DNA of 64,000 nucleotides from a virus (IMGVR_UViG_3300032038_006680:1-64000), one strand, 5' to 3'; shown: positions 37,407 to 46,810, counted from the first letter of the stretch. The notes: generated by a model not told the origin, from the letters alone. Translations and numbers: made by a program.

Positions 37407-37700
37407 ATGGTAATTAAAGCAAAAAAGAAGCCTGTTGTGATTGAGTGTATTCAGTTCAACGGAAACTCAAACAAAATGGAAATCGAAAAATGGATGGGGA
37501 AAGAATTGAAATGCGAGGTCTTTTCTGACAGTGCCTATGAAGTAGGAATGGGAGCACCAAGTTTTAGTCTTTTTATTCCTACGCTTGAAGGAGAAATGAG
37601 CGCAGACCCTTACGACTACATTATTAAAGGTGTAAACGGAGAGTTCTACCCTTGCAAGCCGGACATTTTTGAAAAAACATACGAGGTAGTAAATGATTAA
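37407..37700 (+). CDS. PGDYG-like conserved phage protein
   Basis: KKPVVIE.IQF...IPTLEGEM....DYIIKGVNGEFYPCKPDIFEKTY. Confidence 0.7.
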   Translation: MVIKAKKKPVVIECIQFNGNSNKMEIEKWMGKELKCEVFSDSAYEVGMGAPSFSLFIPTLEGEMSADPYDYIIKGVNGEFYPCKPDIFEKTYEVVND

Positions 37701-37846
37701 GCAGATTATTCACGATTATATTCATTGCACACAGATGGAATTTCTTTTTAAACATCCATTTGTTGTATTAGGAATAACTGTTGGCATATTTGGAGCAGGT
37801 TGCATTGCTCTAATCGTACAAGAGAAAATACGAAACAAGAAAAAGA

Positions 37847-38479
37847 ATGACCCGACAACAGATTGCTGAATCACTAGACCTTCACATCAATTACATCAAC
37901 TCTGCGTTTGAGGCTGCTATTAAGGAGCACCCTGAGCTTGACATCTATGACTGTGCGAAAAACAACAGAAAAGGAATGGGTGCGGATTATACCTTGGAGC
38001 AGGTGCTTCTTGCAATGTCCTATCTCCGTGACGGCAGGGGAATTTCTGAGATTGAGAAGATAATGCTCTCTGAGGATTTCTCAATGCGTCCGCCTGAAAA
38101 GGTAAAGGCAATCGGTATAAAGGGCACTGAGGAGTTTATTCGCAAGGTGAAGAATTATCCCAAAAAGAAGTGCTGTTCTACCTGTTCATTCTGCACGAAA
38201 TCCACGATGAAAAACAGAAAGCCTGTCTTAAAGCCTTACTGCCTCTTATGGGAGCGTTTTCTGCACAGGCTGAACGCAGACCCTTACAACGACTATTGCC
38301 GTCAGTGGGAGTATTCGGGCAAAGAGCCGCTTATCTTCTATACCCATAATTCCCCTACCAATGTTGATATTTACGGAAATGTAAAGAATGAAGTAATGGG
38401 CTTTGATGTAAGCGAGTTCGGGAAGAAGTCAGACGGTGAAATCCGACTTGTAACTGATGTGGGATTGGGAGAGATTTAG
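37847..38479 (+). CDS. HTH + Cys-rich protein, candidate transcription regulator
   Basis: MTRQQIAESL N-terminal HTH-like segment; CCSTCSFC...YC...YC Zn-binding candidates. Confidence 0.5.
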   Translation: MTRQQIAESLDLHINYINSAFEAAIKEHPELDIYDCAKNNRKGMGADYTLEQVLLAMSYLRDGRGISEIEKIMLSEDFSMRPPEKVKAIGIKGTEEFIRKVKNYPKKKCCSTCSFCTKSTMKNRKPVLKPYCLLWERFLHRLNADPYNDYCRQWEYSGKEPLIFYTHNSPTNVDIYGNVKNEVMGFDVSEFGKKSDGEIRLVTDVGLGEI

Positions 38480-38709
38480 CCTTTTCTCCTAAGCAAATTC
38501 ACAGGATAGAACTGATGTATTTCTGTTGCGTATTTGCAGTCTTTCACTTGTTTCAGGCTTGCGTACACATCAAGTGAATCAGTAAATCTTTTAAGCTGAT
38601 AAGTTTCTTTCAATTTTCCCTTATAAAAAATCTGAATGGTAAAAGACTCCCTATTCCACACTACTTCGTAAGATGTTCCTATTTGTTTTGATATTGTTCC
38701 GCCAGGCAT
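38476..38709 (-). CDS. Small hypothetical protein (predicted leaderless)
   Basis: ATG is the 7th base after TAACAT. Confidence 0.55.
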   Translation of the reverse strand: MPGGTISKQIGTSYEVVWNRESFTIQIFYKGKLKETYQLKRFTDSLDVYASLKQVKDCKYATEIHQFYPVNLLRRKG

Positions 38710-38715
38710 ACGGAG

Positions 38716-38744
38716 ATGTTAGCGGAAGAAAAATTAAAGGCTAA
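38716..38744 (-). promoter_or_regulatory. Variant phage family promoter TTAGCC-N17-TAACAT
   Basis: 17-nt T-rich spacer; leaderless geometry. Confidence 0.55.
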
Positions 38745-38903
38745 TCAGATTCTAGCTTTCCAGTAAAAACATCATTAAACACTTTCGTCAGTGCTTCCAT
38801 TTGCTCCCTTAACTGTTTTTCCGTCAGTTTCTCTATCTGTTCTTTTGTCGGAAAATGTGATGTGTAAATCTTGTATTCATTTCGGATTTCCCAATATCTT
38901 TTC

Positions 38904-39431
38904 TCAGTCATAAAACCTCTCACTTCCCCTCAGTCCGTTCTTTCTTAGTGTTGCCTTGCAGGTTTCGTAATTTCTGTAATGGGTTAAATGCCAGCTTCCG
39001 CAATACTGACATCTGTAACTTCGCTGAGGTATGTTCTTCGGTCTGTGGGAGTTACGGGCTTTCTTTATCCTGCGGATAGTGTCGCTCGCTTCTTTTTGAG
39101 AAAAGCATATCTTGTTAGTTACGGAACAGTGTGGTTTATTGGTCATTTTTAATTTCTCTTTTAGTTCTGCATTTTCCTTTTCAAGTCTCATTACTTGTTT
39201 TACTTGATAGTCAAATTTATCTGATAAGTCTTGACAAACTTCTTTCAGTTTTGAAATACGCTTTTCTCTTGGCTTTGCTCCTGCAAGATAACCTTCTTTT
39301 GAAGCCTTAAAATCAACATCATCATAAAACCTGTTGCTTCCATCATAAGGTACTCTAAAAGCGTGTTTGTCTGCATAATCACCTGCTTCTTTTTCAAGTT
39401 CTTCTTTAGTCATTTTTTTCCTCCACAACAC
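38904..39431 (-). CDS. Modular hypothetical protein: coiled coil plus C-terminal Zn finger
   Basis: EKEAGDYA N-module; YRCQYCGSWHLTH. Confidence 0.6.
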   Translation of the reverse strand: MLWRKKMTKEELEKEAGDYADKHAFRVPYDGSNRFYDDVDFKASKEGYLAGAKPREKRISKLKEVCQDLSDKFDYQVKQVMRLEKENAELKEKLKMTNKPHCSVTNKICFSQKEASDTIRRIKKARNSHRPKNIPQRSYRCQYCGSWHLTHYRNYETCKATLRKNGLRGSERFYD

Positions 39432-39588
39432 AATTTAGCTTCACATTCCTGCGAATGTATTTTCTTTGTTTTACTTTGGAATTTTTCTTGAAGTTGAGAT
39501 AAAGGTAATGTGCATCTTCTCTAAAACATTCAACACCTCTTACCTCTTCTTGCTTTCCGTCTATTCTATACTGAACTATTACTATCAT
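39406..39588 (-). CDS. Small hypothetical protein
   Basis: GGAGG RBS. Confidence 0.5.
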   Translation of the reverse strand: MIVIVQYRIDGKQEEVRGVECFREDAHYLYLNFKKNSKVKQRKYIRRNVKLNCVVEEKND

Positions 39589-39749
39589 TTTCTTCCTCCT
39601 TTATCATCATACTGACAATCTTTAGCCGGATTATTGTCATTTGAGTTTTGACTTTGATAAAACTTGCACTTGAACGGCGGATATTGAGGGAATATCAATT
39701 TACCACCCCCTGTCTTTAATACAACTCTGTATATTCTTTCCCTCTTGCC

Positions 39750-39974
39750 TCAATCATCTTCATCCATATATTCGCCAGTATTGATAACGAATCCTTCCTG
39801 CTCACAATACGGACAAATCATTTTTTTTAGCAACAAACCTACGGGAGATACATTTATCCATCGGTTTTTACAGTTGATACAAATAAGCTCCTCTACTCTG
39901 TGAGGAATATTTTCTTCAAACGAAATTACTTCACTCAAAATCCACTCCCGGTGCTTTCGTACCATGCACCACAA
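39750..39974 (-). CDS. Small Zn-ribbon protein (start uncertain)
   Basis: CINC...CPYC. Confidence 0.5.
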   Translation of the reverse strand: MWCMVRKHREWILSEVISFEENIPHRVEELICINCKNRWINVSPVGLLLKKMICPYCEQEGFVINTGEYMDEDD

Positions 39975-40053
39975 TGTTTACACTGCCAGCCATGAGTAAA
40001 CTGGACTAATTGATAGCCACAGACATTACATCTAAAAATCAGCATACTTTCTC

Positions 40054-40095
40054 CTATATCTCAATGATTTGCTGTGCAATATCCTTGATTTCCTG
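40054..40095 (-). repeat. Diverged copy of the last 13 codons + stop of the SbcD-SbcC gene (other copy 42878-42919)
   Basis: Both encode QEIKDIAQQIIEI*; 35/42 nt identical, all 7 differences at third codon positions. Confidence 0.8.
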
Positions 40096-40104
40096 ACAGA
40101 TATT

Positions 40105-40830
40105 TCATCTCACAACTCCATCGTATTTAAAAGTTAGGTAGCGAGGAATTTTGAACCAAGCCTTAATCGGTCTGCTTGTACACCACCGTTTTTGCTCAAG
40201 ATTAGCGTAAGCTGTACCGCCGTCGTCAGCCATTACAGTGATACTAAAGCCACAATGCTCTGGGTCTTCAGGCGGAAAGTCATCAGGATTTAGTTCCATA
40301 TTATGCCACTCAATGCAATAATGCTCGGCAATATGTCTTAATTTTGCATTTTCGGCGACTAACTTCGCATAAGCCTTTGTGTGTCGTTCATTATCAGCCA
40401 TCATCGACTGTTTTAGTTCACGATACTGCTTTTTCATTGTCTGTCGATAAGACATCTTGTGAGCAAGTTCTTTTTTGAGAAAATTGATGATTATATCTTT
40501 CTCGTTCAACATCTGCTGAAGGTTATACACATCTGTCATATTCTTGCCGTCAATTTCAAGACATATTCCTTTTTGTCCTCGTATAAGCTCCAGTTCGTGC
40601 AGAAGTCGTTTGTTTTCTTTTTCAAGCCTTTCAATCACCTTTGAATTGTCAGTATGACTACAGTTGCAGTGATTTTGTCCTGATATGAATGCTTTTCTTA
40701 GAAGCCATTCCAATTCATCGTAGCAAGTCCTTGTGTCTACACCTCTTTCGTAATTAAAAAAAACTGTTGCTACATTTACTATTTCATCATCATATTTTGC
40801 TTTCCATTCTTCAAAAGTTTTAATTCCCAT
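40105..40830 (-). CDS. Coiled-coil protein with C-terminal DUF551-like domain
   Basis: WH.....P...P ... IKAW..IP motif. Confidence 0.55.
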   Translation of the reverse strand: MGIKTFEEWKAKYDDEIVNVATVFFNYERGVDTRTCYDELEWLLRKAFISGQNHCNCSHTDNSKVIERLEKENKRLLHELELIRGQKGICLEIDGKNMTDVYNLQQMLNEKDIIINFLKKELAHKMSYRQTMKKQYRELKQSMMADNERHTKAYAKLVAENAKLRHIAEHYCIEWHNMELNPDDFPPEDPEHCGFSITVMADDGGTAYANLEQKRWCTSRPIKAWFKIPRYLTFKYDGVVR

Positions 40831-42026
40831 TATTCTGCCGCCTTAAAATTGTAGATCGGTTTCACAATGTTGATAATATCAACAGAGTTTTTTACATTCT
40901 CGATAATCTCAGAAGCTGACTTATATGCCATAGGAGCTTCATCAATGGTTGAGTTATTCACGCAAGTCGTATAAATTCCGTCCATACAATTTTTGAAGTC
41001 ATCCAATTTAAGGGATTCTTTTGCAGCCTTACGCGACATCAATCGGCCAGCTCCATGAGGAGCGGAGAAGTTCCATTCAGGATTTCCTTTTCCTATACAG
41101 ATAAGAGAACCGTCACGCATATTCATAGGAATGATAAGCTTTTCGCCTTTTTGGGCAGAAACAGAGCCTTTCCTGAGAATCATATTTTTAGTGTCAATAT
41201 AGTTGTGAATTGACGAAAACGATTCAATGATTTCATTCTGAGTAATACCAAGACCTTTAATGATAACATCGAGCATTGCTTTTCTGTTGAAAACTGCATA
41301 TTTCTGGGCAAGCTCCATATCGTGAATGTAGTTGTTGAAATTTTCCCCTTCAACATAAGTAAGTTCGTCAGGACAGTTTTCACCTTTCAGTTTTGAAAGT
41401 GTACTTTCAATCTCTTTGTATTTACCCTCAGCCTTTAATTTTGCAATAATCTCTGCACGCTCTTTCGTATGATTGTGCATTTCTTTAATTGCAAGTTTCT
41501 GATAGAAATTGCAGATTTCAACGCCAAGGTGTCGAGAACCTGAGTGAACTACGACATAGAAGTTGCCAGACTCATCTTTATCAACTTCGATAAAATGATT
41601 TCCTCCGCCAAGAGAGCCTATTGATAAAGGTGCAATCGCTGATACAGGTGCAATGAAATCTTTGTAATTGATTTTGCTTGCAAAAGCGTGTGGTGTTTGT
41701 CTGTGATTTTTGCCTGACGGAATCTTTTCGTGAATAAGAGCGTCAAGTTTTGCAAGGTCAATCTTAGTGCAATCAGCTTTTACAACGACAACATCAACGC
41801 CGCAGCCAATATCTACTCCGACGAGATTTGGGCAGATTTTATCCTTAATTGTCATTGTCGTACCTATTGTACAGCCTGCTCCTGCGTGAGCATCAGGCAT
41901 GATGCGTACTTTCAAATCTTTGCACCAAATCTGATTCATCATCTGCAAAATCTGTTTGTAAGCCTCATTTTCCAAGTTGTCCGTATAAACAATAGCACTG
42001 TTATATTTTCCTTTTATTTCAATCAT
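40830..42026 (-). CDS. rtcB: RtcB-family RNA ligase (3'-P/2',3'-cyclic-P to 5'-OH)
   Basis: MPDAHAG, VGVDIGCG, GSLGGGNHFIE, HSGSR, HNY, RKG, SAPHGAGR, DEAPMAYK. Confidence 0.95.
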   Translation of the reverse strand: MIEIKGKYNSAIVYTDNLENEAYKQILQMMNQIWCKDLKVRIMPDAHAGAGCTIGTTMTIKDKICPNLVGVDIGCGVDVVVVKADCTKIDLAKLDALIHEKIPSGKNHRQTPHAFASKINYKDFIAPVSAIAPLSIGSLGGGNHFIEVDKDESGNFYVVVHSGSRHLGVEICNFYQKLAIKEMHNHTKERAEIIAKLKAEGKYKEIESTLSKLKGENCPDELTYVEGENFNNYIHDMELAQKYAVFNRKAMLDVIIKGLGITQNEIIESFSSIHNYIDTKNMILRKGSVSAQKGEKLIIPMNMRDGSLICIGKGNPEWNFSAPHGAGRLMSRKAAKESLKLDDFKNCMDGIYTTCVNNSTIDEAPMAYKSASEIIENVKNSVDIINIVKPIYNFKAAE

Positions 42027-42262
42027 AATTTCACCACCTTATATGAGTTCGGGAGCAATTTCTTAAAATGCTTCATTATTTCTGTATTATCTGTTTCCCT
42101 TGCCATTCTTCTTATTCTGTCAAGAACCTCTATAAGATTTTTCCATTCTGACATACAGTAGTTTTTCCACTCTTCTGAATCGAAATTTATGTCAAAACAG
42201 TCCATTGTTATAGGTGTTGTAAGAAGCAGTTTTCTCTCATATTCTATTTGAGTTTTTGTCAT
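42023..42262 (-). CDS. Hypothetical protein
   Basis: ATGA coupling on both sides. Confidence 0.55.
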   Translation of the reverse strand: MTKTQIEYERKLLLTTPITMDCFDINFDSEEWKNYCMSEWKNLIEVLDRIRRMARETDNTEIMKHFKKLLPNSYKVVKL

Positions 42263-42534
42263 CTTTTTTTTATCACCTCCTCAAATTTTGAAGACCTGTC
42301 TGATAAGGGTTTGAAATCAAAATCTGGTAATCGTTCGAAATGAATTATCTTCCCTTCTGATTTTAATCTTATCATATCTTTTATGGCGTCATTGAAATCC
42401 ATGAATTTGCACGGACAAATATGCCCTTTAGAAATGTTCACGAACTGAAATTCAAACGGGCTGTATTTATTCCTTATCAGCCACACCTCAACGGTGTCTT
42501 TTGGTCTTGTTACTGAAAATCTATATATCAGCAT
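42259..42534 (-). CDS. Small conserved protein (paralog of 62425-62679)
   Basis: RPKD.VEVWL ... FVNI(S/T)KGH.CPC.F..F..AI.DM shared. Confidence 0.7.
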   Translation of the reverse strand: MLIYRFSVTRPKDTVEVWLIRNKYSPFEFQFVNISKGHICPCKFMDFNDAIKDMIRLKSEGKIIHFERLPDFDFKPLSDRSSKFEEVIKKR

Positions 42535-42863
42535 ACGCTCTCCCTTACATCAGCAAGATGTATCGCATACACAGGCTTGTCTATGTGCAAGTCTGTGTCC
42601 TTGCCGTCTACAACCTCAATTTTCTTAATGATTGCATTTAACCTAGTTTTTGGATTATATCCAAGTTGTAGCTTACAAATCATTGGAAATAGAAAAACAT
42701 CTTTTGTCGCTTCATAATCGTATGAGATAGTGTTAAATGTTAGACTTCCTCCTTCATGCCACAATCTTTTCGTCCAATACGGTTTTACTTCCCGATACTC
42801 AATCGTCTTTTCACCGCTCTTGATTTTCTCATACCATTCTTTTTTCAGTGGAAATATCAGCAT
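42528..42863 (-). CDS. ASCH domain protein
   Basis: LKKEWYEKIKSGEKTIEYRE (GxKxxExR). Confidence 0.8.
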   Translation of the reverse strand: MLIFPLKKEWYEKIKSGEKTIEYREVKPYWTKRLWHEGGSLTFNTISYDYEATKDVFLFPMICKLQLGYNPKTRLNAIIKKIEVVDGKDTDLHIDKPVYAIHLADVRESVC

Positions 42864-42877
42864 TGTTTCATTCTTCC

Positions 42878-45800
42878 CTATATCTCAATAATCTGCTGTG
42901 CGATGTCCTTAATCTCTTGACTATGCGTGATAAGCACTGTCAGTCTGGAATTCGCTGCATTGTGTGCCGAAGTTACCATGTTCAGATACTTTGGCCGTAA
43001 CGCTCCGTCAAGGGAACCGTCTGATTCGTCAATAAGCCGTGTGCGGAAATTGAATCCTGTTCGGTTCATCTGTACGATTGAGAATGCATAGAAAAGGGCC
43101 TGCTTTATCCATATACGCTCGCCGGAAGAAACAAGGTCGATTGTCTTTTCGTCATCGTTGTCAGAATCGTACACGAGAATGTTGAAATCCTCGTTTGCTT
43201 TGCGGTTTGCCTTTAATTCTGATGTGCTTCCGAAACGGACGGTGAACTTGTTGCCGTAGCTTTCAGAGAGGATTTTGTTGGTAATCTCTGCAATCTCTGG
43301 AGCGGATTCACGGAGTTCTATTGCAGGAATGCCATTGTTTGAGAAAGCGTCCTCAATGAAGAGATATGCTGTTATCTTCTCGCTCAGTTCCTTGAGTTCC
43401 TTTTTCTTTTCAGTAACAGATTTAAGTTCCTTCCTGTAACGCTCGTTTTCCTTTTCTGCTGACTTTATTGTGGCTGCAAGATCGCTTTTTCTGTTGAGTT
43501 CCCTCTGCAACTTATCCTCAGTTTCTTTCAGCTTCTCGGAAACATCTTCTGCCATTTCGGAATCAACGATTGAATCCATTTTGTCCTGCAAATCATCAAG
43601 CTCCTTTGAAAGTTTCTGATGTTCCTCAACGGCTTCGTCATAAGAGTATTCCTTATAGACTTCATCAACGCTTTCGATAAAATCTGTACAGGATTGTGAT
43701 TCAGATTGTAAATCCACAAGGCTGCCTTCAACCTTTGCCTTTTCATCTGCGAGACTGTCTCTTTCTGTTTCAAGTTCCTTTAAGTCTTTGCGTATCTCAA
43801 TCAAAGCCTTGCTTTCTTTATCAAGTTCTTTTTCAAGGGCTGAAAGTTCATTCTGTGACTTTGTGATATGTGACAGAAGTTCCTGCTTCTTGTGCTCAGA
43901 AATAGGCTGTCCGCAAGTCGGGCATACTTCATCAACTTTGACAATCTGAGACTTGCAAAGTTTTATATCCGCTTCAATCTTGCTTATTGAGAGTTTTTTC
44001 TCAGATTCTTCTTTGCTTTTCTGCATTACCTTTTCGGTAAGATTGTTTATTCTGCCATTCAAGCCAGCCGACTTGTTCATTAGTTCTTCAATAAGCGGTG
44101 CATTTTCTGCTACGGTCTTATTTGCGGAATCAATCTTGTCATAAACGGACATATTGCTTACGGCTTCTTCCAGCTTCTCAAACAGAGGCTTTGTCTCGTC
44201 AAACTCTTTCTTGTACTGGTCGTACAGTGCGGAGTTCGCTTCCCTCACGGCTTTTACTTTCTGATATTCAGCGTCCCTTGCTTTAAGCTCCGCAACTTCC
44301 TTTTCAAGTGCGGCTACTGAAAATTCCTGCCCTTTAAGTTCATTCTGCCATGAGGTTATGTCCTGCTCGTTCTGTCTGATTATGTCTTCGTAGCGTGAGT
44401 ATGAATCAATCTCAGCTTCGATTTTTTCAGCAGATTTCTCCACTTCCTTTCTCTCTTCCCTTGCGATTACGGAAACTTCCTTGAGGTGGTCCGTTCCTGC
44501 AAGTTTTGAGAGCAGTTCCATACGCTCACCTTTTGTTGTTGAAGAAATATCGGGAGTTCCCTTTGTCTGTTCCTTTGCAAAGAAAGCCGTTCTGAGAAAT
44601 ACATCAATGCTTCCGAATGTGGAATCAACCCACTGCTTATAGGAATCAAGTGAGCCGTCAGTTTCTGGAAGTGAAGTCCAGGTCTCACGGTCTTTTGATG
44701 TCTCGACAAAGTAAACGGCTTTCCCTGTCTTTGTTTTTCCGTCTATAAGCATGGAGATTCTGTAGTACAGTCCGGTCTCATCTCTGTAGACAAGAATACG
44801 GTGGCTGTCCTTGAGATAAAAGTTCTCTTTAAGAGTTCCCTCGCGGGTAAGCATACAAGGATATGGGTGACAGTTCTCTATAATTGTTGTCTTACCATGT
44901 CCGTTAGGACCTATTAGGCACACTACCCCGTCATCATATTTCTCAAAATTCAGCTCAAAATCTTCCTTGTGCTGACCGTCCCTGATTCCGATTGCACCTC
45001 TTAATGAGAGCGAGAGAAGTTCAAACGAGTGCTGGGGGTATGCGAGTTTAATGAGAGTGTTATCCTGTATGTCTTGCAGGAGTTCCTTTGTATGCTTTGG
45101 AAGTTTAAGGCCTTTTTCCTTAGCGTACTCCGTCATTTTCTCAACGATAGACTTACGCTTTACGACCTCGCTTTTCGGTGCGTTTTCCGTGTCGATTATA
45201 GTAGGCTCCAGCTTTACAGAAACGGCATTTGTCTTTGCCTTGATTTCATCCGCAAGCTGCTTGAGATTGAGCGTTTTCTTTTCTTCTTTTGTGCATTGAA
45301 AAAGAATCCGAAGATGATTTAATCCAAAGCTATATTTTCCAATAGACTTTAAAGCGTCACCAAGCTGTCCACTTTTATATGTTAAAACATTGTGCTTAAT
45401 GAAATCTAATGTTTTAAAAGTCGGCAAACCGAAAGAAATTCTCTCAACTCTTGTTTCTCCGTTTTCAATAGCCACGAGGTTATAGCAGCCGTCATGTGTC
45501 TCTCCGAAGTCTTTAGGACAGGCGGAGCCGCTGTACCATGCGTTCTTGAATACTTCCTGTGGCTTATGAATATGACCAAGAGCATAGTAGTCAGCATTAA
45601 GAGATTGCAGAAGTCCTTTTGGAATAGCAGTCGGGGAAGAAGCTGACACTCCGTTCTGATAGACGGCACCTTTTACTTCGCCGTGGTAGACGACAATAAG
45701 AGGAGTTTTTATATCCTGAAAAAGAGGGTCTGATGTCTCTTTCTCTCTATACCCTCTCAAGAAATCTCTTAAACCTTCAATACTACCTTTTATGTTGTCG

Positions 45801-46255
45801 TTAATTGCTTTATTTGTTTCTTCAACAGAATTTCTTACATAATTGCTTCTTCTTGGTTCTGGAATACAGTAAATCGTCACTTTATCACAAGCCGTTGCTC
45901 CTGTAAGTGGGTTTATATATTCTTTTCCAAATTCGGGCGATAAGATTTGTATTGAATCTATTACGGTTGTTCTGTCAGACTGAAAAGCGTCTAATGAACC
46001 GTTTGGTTCGTGAGTCGGAGTGCCGTAAATAAAATAAAGATAGGTATGTTTCTCAAGCTCTCTTACAGCTGAGATAATATCAGAGAATCCACTTCCCTTT
46101 GTCGCAGTTATAGTTGAATCCCAGAAATCACCTGCAAAGAGAATAAAATCAATGTCACCCCGCTTGCAGCGTTCTATAAGAGTATTGAGAATATGAAGTG
46201 TCTGTGGTAAACGCTCTCTTGAAGCGTGAATGTCTGCAATATGAATAAAACGCAT
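42878..46255 (-). CDS. Single-chain SbcD/Mre11 nuclease - SbcC/Rad50 ATPase fusion
   Basis: HIADIH, AGDFWD, YGTPTHE, LGHIH nuclease motifs; GPNGHGKT Walker A, CPTC hook, VSSGE signature, LIDESDGSLD Walker B/D-loop, LITHS H-loop. Confidence 0.9.
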   Translation of the reverse strand: MRFIHIADIHASRERLPQTLHILNTLIERCKRGDIDFILFAGDFWDSTITATKGSGFSDIISAVRELEKHTYLYFIYGTPTHEPNGSLDAFQSDRTTVIDSIQILSPEFGKEYINPLTGATACDKVTIYCIPEPRRSNYVRNSVEETNKAINDNIKGSIEGLRDFLRGYREKETSDPLFQDIKTPLIVVYHGEVKGAVYQNGVSASSPTAIPKGLLQSLNADYYALGHIHKPQEVFKNAWYSGSACPKDFGETHDGCYNLVAIENGETRVERISFGLPTFKTLDFIKHNVLTYKSGQLGDALKSIGKYSFGLNHLRILFQCTKEEKKTLNLKQLADEIKAKTNAVSVKLEPTIIDTENAPKSEVVKRKSIVEKMTEYAKEKGLKLPKHTKELLQDIQDNTLIKLAYPQHSFELLSLSLRGAIGIRDGQHKEDFELNFEKYDDGVVCLIGPNGHGKTTIIENCHPYPCMLTREGTLKENFYLKDSHRILVYRDETGLYYRISMLIDGKTKTGKAVYFVETSKDRETWTSLPETDGSLDSYKQWVDSTFGSIDVFLRTAFFAKEQTKGTPDISSTTKGERMELLSKLAGTDHLKEVSVIAREERKEVEKSAEKIEAEIDSYSRYEDIIRQNEQDITSWQNELKGQEFSVAALEKEVAELKARDAEYQKVKAVREANSALYDQYKKEFDETKPLFEKLEEAVSNMSVYDKIDSANKTVAENAPLIEELMNKSAGLNGRINNLTEKVMQKSKEESEKKLSISKIEADIKLCKSQIVKVDEVCPTCGQPISEHKKQELLSHITKSQNELSALEKELDKESKALIEIRKDLKELETERDSLADEKAKVEGSLVDLQSESQSCTDFIESVDEVYKEYSYDEAVEEHQKLSKELDDLQDKMDSIVDSEMAEDVSEKLKETEDKLQRELNRKSDLAATIKSAEKENERYRKELKSVTEKKKELKELSEKITAYLFIEDAFSNNGIPAIELRESAPEIAEITNKILSESYGNKFTVRFGSTSELKANRKANEDFNILVYDSDNDDEKTIDLVSSGERIWIKQALFYAFSIVQMNRTGFNFRTRLIDESDGSLDGALRPKYLNMVTSAHNAANSRLTVLITHSQEIKDIAQQIIEI

Positions 46256-46536
46256 TATTTTTTCTCCTCTTTTGTTTTTAAGTCTTTAATATGCTCTTGT
46301 TGGTAAAGCATGAAGTTGATTTTCTGTAAGTCTGAAATACCGCCGTTACGAACAAAGCTTTTTAAGAAACCCATTATTGAATACAACTCGAAATCTTGTT
46401 CAAACTCCGGCTTATGTTCTTCCATATATTCAAACGCAACTTTCAATTTATCTTCACAGTCGTCTAACATTACGACTAATTTGTGTAAATTGAATCTTTC
46501 TTTGTTCATGCAATCTCCTCTCGTGCTCTTGCCCAT
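46255..46536 (-). CDS. Hypothetical protein
   Basis: ORF coupled to the SbcD-SbcC gene; start uncertain. Confidence 0.45.
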   Translation of the reverse strand: MGKSTRGDCMNKERFNLHKLVVMLDDCEDKLKVAFEYMEEHKPEFEQDFELYSIMGFLKSFVRNGGISDLQKINFMLYQQEHIKDLKTKEEKK

Positions 46537-46796
46537 TCAGCCTGTTTTAGCCAATAGTCGTTATACCGTTCGTGCTCATCAGCTTTCTCTTCAAGCCAAT
46601 AAATACGGTCACGAAGGATATTTATCTCATACGAAAACTGAGGGTCACAGATGTTTTCAAGTTCCCGAAGCCGGGAGTACAAAGGTTGCAACTGAGAATC
46701 ACACTCACTCATCAATCTGTACTGCTCCGCTGCGTTTCTTTCTGCTTCTTCAACGGTGCAATCTATTGGCTCAAACAGCATTAGCGTACACTCCAT
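46506..46796 (-). CDS. Hypothetical helical protein
   Basis: First ORF after a sigma70-type promoter. Confidence 0.5.
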   Translation of the reverse strand: MECTLMLFEPIDCTVEEAERNAAEQYRLMSECDSQLQPLYSRLRELENICDPQFSYEINILRDRIYWLEEKADEHERYNDYWLKQAEWARAREEIA

Positions 46797-46810
46797 GTAT
46801 ATTTTTCTTT

